Shown: piece by piece, positions 59,582 to 61,553 of the stretch | How the letters are laid out: each line of letters begins with the position of its first letter | How positions within the stretch are numbered: the stretch's first letter is position 1 | DNA from: a virus | Taxonomy: Duplodnaviria > Caudoviricetes | DNA: 61,553 nt | Reading direction: 5' to 3' (one strand) | Virus record (IMG/VR): IMGVR_UViG_3300020147_000004 | Coordinates: 1 to 61,553 of that record | Notes under the pieces: generated by a model | Databases searched by the model: none | What the model was told of the DNA's origin: nothing | Seen by the model: the letters and a program-made list of their open reading frames with translations, nothing else | Program-made: the position numbers and the translations under genes

Positions 59582-61497
59582 CGCTTGACGAATACCGCGC
59601 TGCCAATCCGCCGCCGACCCTTGCGGACTTCGGCGGCAACGCCATCGCGTTCACGCAAGCCATTACGCAATACACGCAGCAGATGCGCAGCAGCGTCGAT
59701 GACCGCAGCCAGCAGGAACTCGACCACAAGTACGAGCAGCAGCGCGCCAACCAAGACGCGGAATGGTGGAACCCTCTCGACGATACGGCGGGAGCATTCC
59801 AAGGCTCGGCGCCAATTCAGGGCGGCAGCGGTGAGGGTTTCGCGAGCGACGTTTACAATAACTTCTCAGAGGGTACCGGGGAACAATTCCTGGCGGGCTA
59901 CGGCAACCAGGCGCAACAGGAACTCCAGGGCATTCAGCAAGGCGCGCTCGACACGGGCACGTCGCTCGCACAACAGTCCGCAGCGGCGGGCTACAACTAC
60001 GGCGACGCGCAGGCCGCCGCGGGTCAGCAATACGGCGCGGCAGTTGCGGGCGCAGGGGCTGCAGCGCAGCAGCAGCTCGGGCTACTCGGCCACCAGCTCT
60101 ACGACGCGCAAACGGGCGTCGGCAACGCGGCGGCTCAGTACGGGCTCGGGCAAGCCGCGAACATCGGCGGCATCTCGCAAGCGGGAGCGGCGAATCTCGG
60201 CGCGATGGGCGCGGACATGTACGGTCAGGGCCAGGCTGCGGCGGGTCGCAACGTCACGAGCTACGACCCGAATGCTGGCGGCATGTGGCGGCAAAACGCG
60301 AGCGAAGCGGCTGGACAGCTCGGCGGCCTCGAGCGCACCGAAGGGCCATCGGCGGCACAAGCTCAGCTCCAATCCGGGCTGAACCAGGCGCAGTCGTCAA
60401 ACCTCGCGATGGCGCGGTCGGGCCGTGGCTGGGGTGGCGGCGCAAGCAGTCTCTCGCAGGCCGCGGTGCAGAACGCGCAGGCTGGTCAGCAAGCGGCGAA
60501 CCAGTCCGCGGCGCTACGAGCGCAGGAGACCGCAGCGTGGCGGCAGCGGCAGGCGGCGAACCTGCAAGCGAATGCGGGCGTAAACATGGGGCTCTCGCAG
60601 CAGGCGATGCAGGGGCAGGTCAATCAGAACCAGATCGCCTTGCAGCAGCAACAGCAAAACGATGCCGCGCAACAGGCGCTCTACTCCGGCGCGTTGCAAG
60701 GCGCTGGGCAATCGGCGCAGGTCGGACTACAGGGCGCGCAAGCCGCGGCAGGTATCGGCCAGCAAGCGTACGGCCAGCAGCTCGGTGCGTACCAAGGCGC
60801 AGGCCAGGCGGCGATGGCCGGCATTCAAGCCGGGCACGAGGCGAACATGGGCGGGCTCCAGGCTGGCGGCAGCATGGCGTTGCAAGGGCTTGGGCAGGGC
60901 GCAGGGACGACTTTGTCCGGGTTGGGACAAGGGGGCGCGCAGTACGCGCAAGGCCAGCAAACGGCTTTGGCAGCCGAGGGCATGCAGGGCCAAATTGAAG
61001 GCGCGTACCAGCAGTACGAGCAGCAAGAGACCCAGAACTACTTGCAGGCCGCGGGCATGGAACAAGGCGTTGCGCTCCAGAACGCGCAGATGGGCAACGC
61101 GCTTGTCGGCGCGAGCATCGGTGCCGCCGGTAGTCTTTTGGGCAGCGCGGCGAAGCTCTCCGACGCAACGACCAAGACCGGCATTGCCCCCGCCGACGAC
61201 GCGATGCTCGACTTGCTCGACAAGGCCCCGGCGTTCGGCTGGGAATACAGCGACCCAACGGAACCCGGCGCGGGCGAAGGCCGCTTCTTCGGCCAGATGG
61301 CGCAGGACCTCGAGAAGAGCGAGGTGGGCGCGTCGCTCGTGAAGGATGCCCCGACCGGGCGGAAGATGGTCGATGGCGTGCGAGCTGGGCTCGTCGCGCT
61401 TGGCAGCGTGGCGGCAGTCAAGCGGTCGTTCCAGAGCCAAATCGAGGAGCTCGAGAAGAAAATCGCGGCTCTCTCGCGTGGGAAGAAGGCGGCCTGA
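59578..61497 (+). CDS. Gln/Gly/Ala-rich pilot/ejection protein with C-terminal peptidase S74-like chaperone domain
   Basis: SDATTK, WEY, GQMAQDLEK and terminal coiled coil. Confidence 0.75.
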   Translation: MTLDEYRAANPPPTLADFGGNAIAFTQAITQYTQQMRSSVDDRSQQELDHKYEQQRANQDAEWWNPLDDTAGAFQGSAPIQGGSGEGFASDVYNNFSEGTGEQFLAGYGNQAQQELQGIQQGALDTGTSLAQQSAAAGYNYGDAQAAAGQQYGAAVAGAGAAAQQQLGLLGHQLYDAQTGVGNAAAQYGLGQAANIGGISQAGAANLGAMGADMYGQGQAAAGRNVTSYDPNAGGMWRQNASEAAGQLGGLERTEGPSAAQAQLQSGLNQAQSSNLAMARSGRGWGGGASSLSQAAVQNAQAGQQAANQSAALRAQETAAWRQRQAANLQANAGVNMGLSQQAMQGQVNQNQIALQQQQQNDAAQQALYSGALQGAGQSAQVGLQGAQAAAGIGQQAYGQQLGAYQGAGQAAMAGIQAGHEANMGGLQAGGSMALQGLGQGAGTTLSGLGQGGAQYAQGQQTALAAEGMQGQIEGAYQQYEQQETQNYLQAAGMEQGVALQNAQMGNALVGASIGAAGSLLGSAAKLSDATTKTGIAPADDAMLDLLDKAPAFGWEYSDPTEPGAGEGRFFGQMAQDLEKSEVGASLVKDAPTGRKMVDGVRAGLVALGSVAAVKRSFQSQIEELEKKIAALSRGKKAA

Positions 61498-61553
61498 TGG
61501 CATTCGGCCAATTCGTATCAAGCGAGCCGGCGGGCCCGGGCGCATTCCGCTTC

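Noticed and set aside
61427-61553. Biological direct terminal repeat
   Set aside because: The 127-bp length matches a common assembler k-mer and the join falls mid-gene; best read as circular overlap

Overview
This window is a complete, circularly assembled, GC-rich temperate tailed phage genome of about 61.4 kb (positions 1-127 are repeated exactly at 61427-61553). It has a podovirus-like layout with no tape-measure or sheath genes: terminase, portal, scaffold, capsid, adaptor, nozzle and ejection proteins. Several features recall Myxococcus phage Mx8, so a Myxococcota-type host is inferred but not proven. Modules in order: ejection proteins (59578-61497 continuing into 71-5583); a ~10.6 kb leftward nucleotide-sugar and glycosyltransferase operon (6342-16927); a non-canonical lysis cassette (16995-18884); a leftward early operon of small genes including an Acb2/Tad1-like sponge, SSB and a RecE-like exonuclease (18988-28977); a cI/cro switch with readable operators; a rightward early operon with xis, an integrase carrying attP (a tRNA-Asn-like 3' end) inside its own ORF, a DNA methylase, helicase, VRR-NUC and primase-polymerase/VapE; an iteron-like origin; terS; an accessory cassette led by a structured RNA candidate; terL; and head and tail genes. 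The strongest candidate for a new system is a phage-encoded virion O-glycosylation pathway. It combines sugar-building enzymes with soluble GT2/TPR/GT4 transferases. It shares a triple-heptamer promoter box with the lysis, head and capsid promoters, and the exposed virion proteins are rich in Ser-Gly/Thr-Gly dipeptides. All product calls come from motif recognition by eye; no database search was run.
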